A stretch of 64,000 bases of DNA from an uncultured Planctomycetota bacterium. GTDB lineage: Bacteria; Planctomycetota; Planctomycetia; Isosphaerales; Isosphaeraceae. The notes under the pieces are model-generated. The model ran no database searches and had not been told where the DNA came from. It saw nothing but the letters and a program-made list of their open reading frames with translations. The position numbers and the translations under genes were made by a program. Below, piece by piece: positions 1 through 9,520 of the stretch. The number at the start of each line of letters is the position of its first letter. Positions within the stretch are counted from its first letter, which is position 1. The stretch is from assembly GCA_963823665.1 (NCBI GenBank), contig CAWGMQ010000003.1, forward strand, positions 1,568,001 through 1,632,000, written 5' to 3'.

Positions 1-152
1 CTTTGGCGAGGACGCGACATGGCTCTCTACGATTGTTTTGGACAGCACGCGCTTGTGTAGTCGCCCCAATGATTTTGAGGGAATTCGGCGGCTCTGGCGA
101 ATGGGCACGAGATGACAAGAGCAATCGCATAGGGCCGCAATTATTGCTGGAT

Positions 153-203
153 CGTCAGGCTAAAGCCTGACCTACTTCATCGTCAGGCTAAAGCCTGATC
201 TAC
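153..203 (-). repeat. Two tandem copies of a GTAG-type REP (GTAGGTCAGGCTTTAGCCTGACG)
   Basis: cgtcaggctaaagcctgacctac at 153-175 and a 1-mismatch copy at 181-203; further copies at 7822-7844, 48265-48287 and 48317-48339. Confidence 0.85.
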
Positions 204-1291
204 GGGCCCATCGGCACGGGTAGTAGCGATAGGGCCGAAAGGATCATGACCAGGATCGCGTACTGGGCGACGATCGGGGGGTCGGAGCCCTTGGCGGGCT
301 TGTCCGCTATCGTGTGCCAGACTCCGACGGCCAGGAGCAGGACCAGGAGGCCCTGATCGGTGAGCGCCCAGGCTGTGGCGATCGAGGCGACGGCCAGCCA
401 GCGCTGCGATCGGTTCAGGCTGCGGAAGGCGCGGGCGCCGTCGAGCTGCCAGAAGGGAAGGAGATTGAAGAGGTTGATGTACGCGCCGAACATGGCGAGG
501 GCAGCCCAGATGGGCACGGATGTTAACTGGTAGACTCCGGCGCACGCGAGGGCAGCGGCTGTGCCCCAGATCGGGCCGGCGAGCCCGACGCGGGCGTCTT
601 GCTTTGGGTCAACCAGCGACTGCTTCAGGAGAACGACCGCGCCGAGGCCGGGAATGAACAGAGGCGCACTCGCCTTCACGCCGTAGCGCATGAGGGCGAA
701 GACGTGCCCCATTTCGTGCACGTAGATTGACAGCACCAGGCCGACGGCCAGCCAGCCGCCGAAGACCGTCCAGTACACGCCCATCATGGCGAACATCGAG
801 AAAAACGTGCTGGCCTTGGTCAGACCGAGCAAGAGCAGCTTGCCTTTAGTGAGCAGGGCAACGGCGATGAATTTGAACTTCCAGATCGCGAGCGCGACGG
901 TGCCGAGCACGCCGGAGATCACACCGCCGGACCATCGCGATGGAGGCGCCTCACGCGGCTGGCCGGACTGTTTGCTCTGGGGCTGGCCAGGCTGCGCAGG
1001 CTGTGACTCTGCCAGACGTCCCAGACGCTCGATGTGCCCGGCGATGACGGTGTACTGGCGGGTGTCGTGAGGCAGCATCTCCGTCGCCTCGCGCCAGGAG
1101 GCGAGTGCACCGGCGTAGTCGCCTGCTTGCTCGTGCCGGGCTGCTGACTCGGCCAGCTCCTTCAGCTTTTCGGCGTGGACCAGGCGCCGGCACGACGGGC
1201 AAGCGAGCAAGCTGGGGGCGACCTCGCTGCCACATCCCGGGCAAGTCAACGCGGGCGGGAACTGCGACAGCGCCAGTTGGTCATTCGCCAT
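200..1291 (-). CDS. Site-2 protease (M50 family) membrane metalloprotease with N-terminal Zn-ribbon
   Basis: HEMGH and NLLPFWQLDG motifs, multiple TM segments, N-terminal CPGC...CPSC. Confidence 0.85.
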   Translation of the reverse strand: MANDQLALSQFPPALTCPGCGSEVAPSLLACPSCRRLVHAEKLKELAESAARHEQAGDYAGALASWREATEMLPHDTRQYTVIAGHIERLGRLAESQPAQPGQPQSKQSGQPREAPPSRWSGGVISGVLGTVALAIWKFKFIAVALLTKGKLLLLGLTKASTFFSMFAMMGVYWTVFGGWLAVGLVLSIYVHEMGHVFALMRYGVKASAPLFIPGLGAVVLLKQSLVDPKQDARVGLAGPIWGTAAALACAGVYQLTSVPIWAALAMFGAYINLFNLLPFWQLDGARAFRSLNRSQRWLAVASIATAWALTDQGLLVLLLAVGVWHTIADKPAKGSDPPIVAQYAILVMILSALSLLPVPMGP

Positions 1292-1997
1292 CGTGCGATG
1301 CCCCTGGAGTGGACGGCGCGGGGGCCGCGCTGATTTGGAACGGGCCGTTGAACACGAGCTGCGCGGGCGTGGTGATCCGCCAGGCCTCCCAGAGGGCGAA
1401 GCAGTAGATCAGGCCCGAAATCAAGTGCTCCTTGGTTTCAGTGACCGGCAGGCTGTAGATCGTGAAATCAATCCTCCGCAGGAAGTCCCATGCCAGTCCC
1501 GGTGCGACCATTTCCTGGAGACGGGCTTGATAGGCGAAAATCATCAGTCCGATTGACGTGTAGGTGAAGAACACCGCGAGGACCTGATAGAACGGTCCGC
1601 TCCGGTTATCAGAACCCTTGCGCACGGCCCGGCCGACGATGTAGCCCACGGCTATGGCGACAAGTCCGATATTCGCGTGCGTCGCGACCAGGATCGCGTA
1701 GTACAGAACGGCCCCGACGATGCAAGCCGCGGCACCGAAGACGATCGATTTGATCACCCGGGCGGCGGCCGAGCCACCGTGGAAGGCAGCCTCGATCTGC
1801 TGGCGGCAGGACGTGCACAAGACCTTGCCGTTGATTTCAAAATACGCGTCCATGATCAGACGATTGCAGCGGACGCAGGTCGTGCCGCTCAAGGCCGGCG
1901 TGATCGGCTCGGCCTCGTCGAACTGGAGCTCGCTGCCTCCTTCGTCGGCGCCAGCACCTTCCTCGTCATCTTCAATTGGCGGGTGTGGCTCCGGCAT
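1281..1997 (-). CDS. Hypothetical membrane protein with Cys-knuckle (CVRC...CTSC)
   Basis: 238-aa ORF overlapping the start of the S2P gene; hydrophobic helices. Confidence 0.7.
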   Translation of the reverse strand: MPEPHPPIEDDEEGAGADEGGSELQFDEAEPITPALSGTTCVRCNRLIMDAYFEINGKVLCTSCRQQIEAAFHGGSAAARVIKSIVFGAAACIVGAVLYYAILVATHANIGLVAIAVGYIVGRAVRKGSDNRSGPFYQVLAVFFTYTSIGLMIFAYQARLQEMVAPGLAWDFLRRIDFTIYSLPVTETKEHLISGLIYCFALWEAWRITTPAQLVFNGPFQISAAPAPSTPGASHDGE

Positions 1998-2141
1998 CGT
2001 TCTTCCTCGGTTCGCGGCGCAAAGACGTATTCGGTCGATCAGATGAAGGACGATCTTACCAGGTCAACCGGGATCGGGAAACGATGGAAAACCAGCAGGC
2101 GACGAGACAGCGGCTCTGGTTTTCACATGCCAGTAAGCGCG

Positions 2142-3243
2142 TCATTGGTCGGGCATCTCGGCTTCGAGCTTGGCGAGCTGCTCGTCTTGATCGCGCTCGA
2201 TGTACCTGACGATCAGGAAGAATTTACCAATCGCCAAGCCGCTCAAGCCGGCCATGCCGACAACGGCGAAGACCCCACGGTGATAGTCCGACAGGGAAGC
2301 CAGCAGCATCAAGGCGCCGCCGCCCCAAAGCATTCGCCGCATCATGCGCATTTCGCGTTTCTGCTTCATCAGAACCGCCCGGCGTGCTTGCCATTGCTCG
2401 ATCGTCAAAGGGGCCTTGTCCAATGAGTCGACCTGAATCCGGTCGCGGGCTACGAATCGCTCGAGAACCGCGGCCACGACTTCGGCGCTGGGTGTTTCGC
2501 CTCCGCGCAGTTGCCTGCCATGATCGCACCGTCTGGCCCTCGTTAAGCCGGACGGAGAACGTGACCACGCGATCTGGCAGTTCGATCTCGAGGTTCTTGA
2601 AATCGCGCCGGCGATGATCGGCACGCTGGATCCGAATCGCCTGGACCTGGGCCCACCGATAGCGCGACTCTTCGCCGCCGTCACGTAAGAGCAGTCCGCC
2701 CGGCGCAATGAGGATTTCTTTCCGGAAGCCATAACGTAGCGCGAGTTCATCGGGCAAGAACGGAGCGGGCCGCACCCGCAGCGCCTCGATGCTCGCTTCG
2801 ACACGAGCGCGGTCCGAGTCTTCGAGCAGATCCAGCGTTAGCTTCCGCGCCCAGAACGGTTTTTCCGGAAGGATGTAAGTCGTCGAAGTGCCCTCGGCGT
2901 CGAGCACCTTGCCTTGCTCGAAAGCTTGCCAGGGCCAGAGATCCCACAGCATGAAGCGGCGACGCGCAATCCCGGCTGAATCGAGTCGCAGTCGCCAGCG
3001 CAGCACGACGATCGCGCCGATGGCCGGGAGCGAGCAAGGGACGAGCGTGCTCCATGGCTCGCTCGCCGCCGTAGGCAAGAAATCACGAATCGCCCAGCGC
3101 ACGACCGCGAGCAGCACTGCACCTATCAGGACGTAAACGGCACACCGGCGAAACTCAGCCCGCATCGGGGCAAGGAAGGATTCAGCCGGCCGTGCCGTTT
3201 TCTCGGTGGTGCACACCGCCTCACTCGGAGCACTCGCGCTCAT
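2142..3243 (-). CDS. Hypothetical membrane protein (frameshift near 2510)
   Basis: ORF 2224..3243 reads as protein up to ...TVRSWQ; ORF 2142..2804 supplies the continuation GGETPSAEVVAAVLERF... with two TM helices. Confidence 0.6.
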
Positions 3244-3250
3244 CGATCGC

Positions 3251-5459
3251 TCAATGCACGAAGAAGCCGGCGATCGTCAAGCCGAGACCGGCCAGAACGA
3301 GAAAGCCTCCGAGGACATAGCGGCCGTGGCGGGCGTAGCTGTTGCGGGTGACGCCGTCGACTGTGATCGACTTCAATTCGAGATAGGGCACCGGGGCTCG
3401 GCGGAACCAGCCGACGACTTCGACTGCCTTGCCGGCGAAATCGCCGGCGCGGAAGAGGCCGAAGAGCCATTCCCAGATCCGGAGCGGCTGGCGGTAGTCC
3501 AGAAACAGAATCCCGGTCGCGTCACGCATCACGAAGTCTTCGGACCAGATCAGGCCGGGGACGCCCTTGCCGATGATCGTGCCTCGCAGCCGGGCCGGCA
3601 CCGGGCGAACGTTCGAGACCTTCACCTTGTGCAACAGACCGGTGACGGAAAGCGGTGCGAAGTGATCGCCCCGGTAGACCAGCCTTGTCTTGATGATCGA
3701 GCCGATCCCGGCGCCCACGAGTGGCAGCCCGATGAACATCATGGCGATGGGACCGCCAATTCCGGCGCCGCCGGCGAAGACGCCGAAGACCCGCGCCCAG
3801 TCCGACCGCCAGGCCGAAGCCCACCACGGCGAGCAAGAGCGGAAGCAAGATCACCGCGACGTCGACCGCGAAATCGTCCCAGTACGACTCGGGCTTGCGG
3901 CGGTCGAAGACGACGTAGGGCTCCTGGCCCATCGTCGCGGCCTGGTCGGAAAGGTACTGAAGGCGGTGTGCGATCAGCGGGTGGGTCGAGTTCAGCTCGT
4001 AGAACATCGCCCAGGGATTCCACAGGTCCCACTGCATGGCGCTCTTCAAGTTTTCCTTGCTGATCGGCGCAGATGCCGTGGCCGTACCGGAGCTGGAGCG
4101 TTCGAGCCCGAGCGAGGCCGAGCTGGCGACCATCGCGACTGCCCCCTTGCGGTCGAAGATCCCCAGGGCGCCGATGGCGTCGATGCCGAAGACGGGCTCT
4201 TCCTTCTTCTTCTTTTTGCCCTTCTTGCCTGTGGCCGTTTCCGGCTCTTCCCCGCTCTGCGTTTGGCCGCGGGCCGCGAGGCCATAGCCGATCTTGACAA
4301 GCGCCGAGGCCAGAGCGCCGGGATTGCCGGTGACGTTACCCGCGAAGCGATCGGCGTAATACTCGCGGCAGCGGCTGAACCAGAGCACGACGTATTCGCT
4401 GACGATGTAGAGCACATAGGCGCCCAGCGCAACTGCCCAACTGTAATTGCCGGCCTTCTCGTTCCGGTCGCCGATCCGCAAAGCAGTGCGGTACAGGAAA
4501 TACATCATGAGCGGCACGAGCTGGACGACGGTCATGAGGAGCATGTCCCAGTTCTTGCCGTGACCGATCTCGTGGGCGACCACTCCCTCGACTTCTTCGG
4601 GCTCGAGCAGGTCGAGAATGCCCTGGGTGATCACGATTCGCATGTTGCTGGGGTGATGGCCGTAGGTGAATGCGTTGGGTGCTCCGTCGTGGATGATGCC
4701 GAACGAGGGCACTTTCATCTTTTGCTCGGCGGCGACGCGCGTGACGAAGTTGCGCAGGTGCGGAGGCAGTTGCTCGACGGAGACCCACGAAAACTTGTAG
4801 ATCCAGCGCAGGGCCAGATCCATCATCCAGGGCCCGAGCGCGAACTGGAGGATGATGATGCCCATGCCGATCGCCACGGCCACGCTCACGGGTAGCACGC
4901 CGACCTCGGCCAGTGCGAGCAAAATCAAACCGAGGAACCCGTAGAGCAAGACGATCAATCCGGCCGAACGGAGCCAGAGGTTGGGCAGCGGCAGCATTCC
5001 AGAAGCCAGGTCCTGGAGCCGGAGGTGGGCGTTCTCGTTGTGCTCGACCGCGAGCGGGTCGATCGGGGCTTTGGCGAGCGGGTCGTCGCCGGGCGCGTCG
5101 CCGATGTCCTCGGTCTCAAGCTGGAAGTACTGGCGGTCTTGCTGGAGTGCCTTCTCGAGCTCGCCGGAGTCGAACCAGTAGCCTTCGCACTCCGGGCAGC
5201 GGTCGACTTTGAGATTGGCGTGCAGGAACGGCACTTCACCCAGACCGACGCCGCATCGCGGACAGCTTCGGCTGGAGGGAACCGGCGGGGTCTCGTCGGA
5301 GGCGAGCATCTGCTCCAGCTCTTTGGGCTTACGACTAAAGAAGAAAACTTCGCCGCGGTCGAGCCAGACCCCTTTGCAATTCTTGCAGACGTCGACAAGG
5401 ACGCCTCCATTGGTCATGGTCTCAACGAGTGACGGCTCATGGCAGTGTGGACAATTCAT
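3251..5459 (-). CDS. HtpX/M48 zinc metalloprotease with two N-terminal zf-TFIIB-like ribbons (frameshift near 3792)
   Basis: PNAF, HEIGH, SRCREYYADRFA and STHP motifs; CPHC/CKNC and CPRC/CPEC-GxWxD repeats; C-terminus continues in ORF 3251..3742. Confidence 0.8.
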
Positions 5460-5644
5460 GGTCCAGGACCTCCTCGATTCGACAACGGCATTCATTCACT
5501 CGGTCAGGAGCCTTCGCGCGGAACCCCGCGCGGCAGTTCGCGATCGCCGATATCTTAACAAGAGATTCGACGGAGTGTGTCAAGTATTGGGGGCGATCTG
5601 TGGGTTCGCTGGGAACCGGAGTGGATGGTTCAGATTGCGCGACC

Positions 5645-6097
5645 CTACACGAACCAGGACGGTCCGCAGTGGCGGACCCTACCAGAAGCAACGGCGGCGG
5701 CCCAGGGCTCCGGCAATCGGACGTTTGTCTCGAGATCTTCGACGACCTTGCAGACGGATTCAGACCGCGCAGGATACGCCTCGTGCAACTGCTCGATCAG
5801 ACGCCGCGCCTTATCGATTTGCTCCCCGCGCCAGAAGCAGGACACAGCGCTCAGTCGGCTACGAAAGGCCAGATCGTGCTCTTCGACGCCGTCGTAGTCG
5901 GCAGCCAGCACGAGCTCCAGGTGGGCGGCCGCCAGGAGATGGCGAATGGCCGCCTCGCGGTTTGCCTGCATTTCTGCCAGCAAGGCGCGCTGAATTTCGC
6001 GAGACTTGACGGTCACCAGCATATCACCGACCGAGGAACTCACCGGAGGCATCATGAGCTCCTGAAGAGAGGGTCGTCCCCGCGGGCACTTAGCCAT
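5645..6097 (-). CDS. Hypothetical all-helical protein, partner of the upstream nuclease-like gene
   Basis: ATG at 6097 overlaps the upstream stop (6090-6092); helical Ala/Leu/Glu-rich sequence (FRSRLSAVSCFW). Confidence 0.6.
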   Translation of the reverse strand: MAKCPRGRPSLQELMMPPVSSSVGDMLVTVKSREIQRALLAEMQANREAAIRHLLAAAHLELVLAADYDGVEEHDLAFRSRLSAVSCFWRGEQIDKARRLIEQLHEAYPARSESVCKVVEDLETNVRLPEPWAAAVASGRVRHCGPSWFV

Positions 6098-6746
6098 TGA
6101 ACCACAATCGGCCTGAAGGCGTTTCGAATTCCACGACACACACGAAAAACCCGGTACCAACTTGTTCCGTGAGGCGGTCCCACTTTCGCGCCCAAGCCGC
6201 TGCAAAATCAGCCCGACGCCATGATACGGCAACTTCCAGGAGATAGCCTTCTTCGCCGACGAGGTAGTCGGCGGCGCTGCCCCGAAAGGCAATGTCACGA
6301 ATCTCGTGGTTGCCCGCATGGTGAAGCGCCAGGCCCGCGATCGCGGTCGACGCCAGCTCGACTTGCCTCAGCCGGCGCAGGATGTCGGCGGCGGCGTCCG
6401 CGGTGTCCTTGAACGAGGATTTAGCAGAACCGGGCGGCCCCTGTTTGGCCTGAGACTGCTGGGTTTTCTTGCCATAGCAGAATGGGGTTGGTTCGTACGT
6501 TCGGCGCAGGTGAGCCAACCGACCGTCGTCAATCCCGGCGTTGTCAATTGATAAAACCATCTCGCTTGATCCAAAGCCAGGCGCATTCCGGACATCGAGG
6601 CTGATTCGGTACGGGCGATCCTGAAATCGGTCCAGCAAGACCGCATGGGCCGCCAGAATAGCCCTGTCCCAGAGTAGACGCGGGTGCAGCTCTGGCAAGT
6701 CGACTAGCCTGCATTTCACGTCCATAGATGAAAGCAACTCCCTCAT
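6090..6746 (-). CDS. Hypothetical protein, possible PD-(D/E)xK-like nuclease
   Basis: GSAADYLV...LLEVAVS and C-terminal CVVEFETP pattern; fold assignment is inference. Confidence 0.55.
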   Translation of the reverse strand: MRELLSSMDVKCRLVDLPELHPRLLWDRAILAAHAVLLDRFQDRPYRISLDVRNAPGFGSSEMVLSIDNAGIDDGRLAHLRRTYEPTPFCYGKKTQQSQAKQGPPGSAKSSFKDTADAAADILRRLRQVELASTAIAGLALHHAGNHEIRDIAFRGSAADYLVGEEGYLLEVAVSWRRADFAAAWARKWDRLTEQVGTGFFVCVVEFETPSGRLWFNG

Positions 6747-6920
6747 CGCGTGGGGACGGAATTCCGGATCCGGTAGGAGAACTCTCGCTCAGAGCAAGAA
6801 GCACAGACCGGACACCAAGATCAATTTGAGCTGAATTTCGAGACATCGGGAACGGCCGACGCGTATTCTGACATAATAAGGCGGAAGTCAGGAACAGCCT
6901 CCCGGGCCGGCCGCCGGCAC

Positions 6921-6969
6921 GCCGCGGAGCGGCACCAGGATCGTTCCGACGCGGGAGCGTCGGAACGAG
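6921..6969. repeat. Composite palindromic repeat gccgcGGAgcggc-N10-ttccgacgc(G)GGAgcgtcggaacgag
   Basis: Same composite at 23049-23096 and 27548-27595, and within 49207-49848 and 52833-53063. Confidence 0.8.
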
Positions 6970-7115
6970 TCTCGTGTGGACGTCCATTGCGGGATTGACG
7001 AGACCGTCACCCGCCTCGTCGCTGAGCCGGGAACGGATTAAAATGAAAATCGCATGCTGATCGTGGTCGAGTCGACGCCCGAGGGCATGCCCCCGGGGGC
7101 GGAAGAGCCGCCCCG

Positions 7116-7796
7116 GTGAAGGCCACTGGACAAACTCAGACGCCATTCGAGGAATTCACGTTGTTTTGCGCATGTATCGTTGCTTTGACTGTTGGGGCCA
7201 CGGCCGGTGAGCGCGCGTGGTCAGGCGGCATTGGGCCGACGTTTGCCCGGCGGGCGGCACACGGAGTGTGCCTGCTACAGAGACGGGAATCGCGGCTGGC
7301 GGACATCGGGCCGGCGCCGCGCACCGTTCTGACGGACTCACGGAAGCAGCCGTTCGACCTGGAGAAGCTGCGGGGGAAGGTCGTGCTGGTGTCGTTCGTC
7401 TACACGACGTGCAACGGCGTGTGCCCGCTCACGACGCAGGCACTCGCGGGCGCGCGGAAGAAGCTCGAGACGGCCAAGCTTTGGGGGAAATCGGTTGAGT
7501 TCGTGTCGATCACGCTCGATCCCGAGCGCGACACGGCCCCGGTCCTCAAGAACTACGCCAAACTGTCGGGTGCTGACTTTCCCGCCTGGCACTTCCTGAC
7601 CGGAGCACCCGCGGATGTAGCGAAGGTCATCGCAGCCTGGGACATGTGGGTGAAGAGCGATGCGAAGGGCGTGCTCGACCACCCGTCGCGGATCTTTCTG
7701 ATCGACGGCCGCGGCCGCCAGCGCGAGATCTATAACCTGGAGTTCTTGAAGCCCGAGACGGTGCTTGAAGATGTGCGGGGGCTGCTGGGGGAGTAG
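7116..7796 (+). CDS. SCO family copper chaperone
   Basis: FVYTTCNGVCP (CxxxC), ITLDPERDT, WHFLTG and DHPSRIFLID motifs. Confidence 0.9.
   Translation: MKATGQTQTPFEEFTLFCACIVALTVGATAGERAWSGGIGPTFARRAAHGVCLLQRRESRLADIGPAPRTVLTDSRKQPFDLEKLRGKVVLVSFVYTTCNGVCPLTTQALAGARKKLETAKLWGKSVEFVSITLDPERDTAPVLKNYAKLSGADFPAWHFLTGAPADVAKVIAAWDMWVKSDAKGVLDHPSRIFLIDGRGRQREIYNLEFLKPETVLEDVRGLLGE
7247..7279 (-). repeat. GTAG-type REP (GTAGCAGGCACACTCCGTGTGCCG) inside the SCO ORF
   Basis: 33 bp identical to intergenic 52734-52766; related copies at 38923-38946 and 48224-48253. Confidence 0.85.
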
Positions 7797-7821
7797 AGGG
7801 GGAAAGGCCGACGGTCTTCGA

Positions 7822-7844
7822 CGTCAGGCTGAAGCCTGACCTAC
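7822..7844 (-). repeat. GTAG-type REP between convergent genes
   Basis: cgtcaggctgaagcctgacctac. Confidence 0.85.
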
Positions 7845-7849
7845 TTGAA

Positions 7850-9175
7850 CTAGCAGAACGGCTTCAGGGCGCGGCGCATCGAGGTGGCGTCGGGGTAGCG
7901 GACTTTGGGGTCGCGCGCCAGGCAGGTTTCGATGACTTCGGCCAGGGCCGGATCGACGTCGCTCCGGCGAGTGCGGACGGGCACGGAGGGTTCTTCGAGC
8001 AGCATACGAATCAAGTCGCCGCCACCGGCGGGCTCGTCGTAGACGTACTGGCAGGTCAAGAGGTAGTAGAGCGTGGCGGCGGTGGCGTACAGGTCTGCCA
8101 GCGGCGTGACGGTCTTGAAATCGAGCATCTGCTCGGGCGGCATGAACGGCACGGTGCCGCGCATCTCGCCCGAGAAGGTCAGGCCGGAGAGCCCGACGCC
8201 GCGAAAGCTCTTCGCCAGGCCGAAGTCGGAGATCTTCACCATGAGGCCATCGGTGGTGTTGGCGATCAAGATGTTTTCGGGCTTGATGTCGCGATGCACG
8301 AACCCGTGCTGGTGGGCTTGTTCGAGGCCGCGCAGCACCTGACTAGTGAGCCGGCAGGCTTGCTTCACCGGATAGCGGCCGGGGCTGGCCTTGGCCAGCG
8401 TCTCGAGATTGGAGCCGGCGACATACTCCATCGCGAACCAGAACTGACCCCGGGTCATGCCTTGCTCGTACCACTCGACGATGTTGGGGTGCCTGAGCTG
8501 GCTGATCACCGACATCTCGCGCTGAAAACGGTCGATCGCCGCGCGGGTCGTGGCCGATTCGGGCATGATCAGCTTGAGTGCGACCATCTGGCCGGTGAGA
8601 TTGTGGCGGGCCTGGTACACCACACCCATGGCGCCCCTGCCGAGCTCACGGAGGGTCGTGTAGTACGGCACGGGCTGGGGCAACGACGCGGCCTCGGAAC
8701 GACAGAGCACGCACCACCATTCCACCGCTTCGAGCGGGCCGTTGGATGGGCCGGCGATCGTCAGATTTTGGGGCGCCAGGCAGTTGCAGCCTGCACAACG
8801 AATCTGAACGGGCCGCTTCGTAGTCGAATCACCGACCTTGCCCGTCATGTCATCGCCCGAGGAAAGCGAGTGGGTGGACGAGTGCACGCCCACGCGAAAG
8901 ACGCTCTGGCCCGCGGCGATCATGTCGCCCGAGTGAAGCCGGACTCGCTCGACCCGCTGATTGTTGACAAACGTGCCGTTGGTGCTGCCCAGGTCACGCA
9001 GCTCACACTGTGGCGGGTTGATCTCAATCATGAAGTGATCGCGGGAGAGCGCCATGTCCTCAGGCATCGGACAATGGACGTATCTCGACCGGCCGACGAT
9101 GAACGTATCGTGACGCTCGAAGACGAACGACCGGCCCTTCTGTGGGCCCTCCATTACATCCAGAATCACACGCAT
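7850..9175 (-). CDS. FHA-domain Ser/Thr protein kinase
   Basis: FHA (VGRS...SRDH...DLGSTNGTFVN); kinase GRGAMG, HRDIKPEN, DFG; CAGC/CVLC linker. Confidence 0.92.
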   Translation of the reverse strand: MRVILDVMEGPQKGRSFVFERHDTFIVGRSRYVHCPMPEDMALSRDHFMIEINPPQCELRDLGSTNGTFVNNQRVERVRLHSGDMIAAGQSVFRVGVHSSTHSLSSGDDMTGKVGDSTTKRPVQIRCAGCNCLAPQNLTIAGPSNGPLEAVEWWCVLCRSEAASLPQPVPYYTTLRELGRGAMGVVYQARHNLTGQMVALKLIMPESATTRAAIDRFQREMSVISQLRHPNIVEWYEQGMTRGQFWFAMEYVAGSNLETLAKASPGRYPVKQACRLTSQVLRGLEQAHQHGFVHRDIKPENILIANTTDGLMVKISDFGLAKSFRGVGLSGLTFSGEMRGTVPFMPPEQMLDFKTVTPLADLYATAATLYYLLTCQYVYDEPAGGGDLIRMLLEEPSVPVRTRRSDVDPALAEVIETCLARDPKVRYPDATSMRRALKPFC

Positions 9176-9520
9176 CGTATCATCTCGTCAGGTTCACAGC
9201 CTTTGCCGGACCGGGCTGCGCCATCCGGCGTGACATGCCCGGTCGCGAGAAACTGGCTGCACCCTTGATGTGCTCCGTCCGTTGTTGGCGGTTTCAAGGA
9301 GTTCTACGCTCTACATGCAAAGAATGTGGCTCGCGCGGCAAAAAACCCTGAACGGACTGCACCGGGCCGTGCAACCACTCAATTTGCAAACGAGCAATCA
9401 CTCACGACCGCCGCAGGACCGGCTAGGGTCTCTGCAAATAACAACGAAATGGCGAACGACTGAGCGTCGGAATTCATTGTTCGGAGTCGGCGGGCTGGGT
9501 TCAAGTCCAACGCGTGTGCA

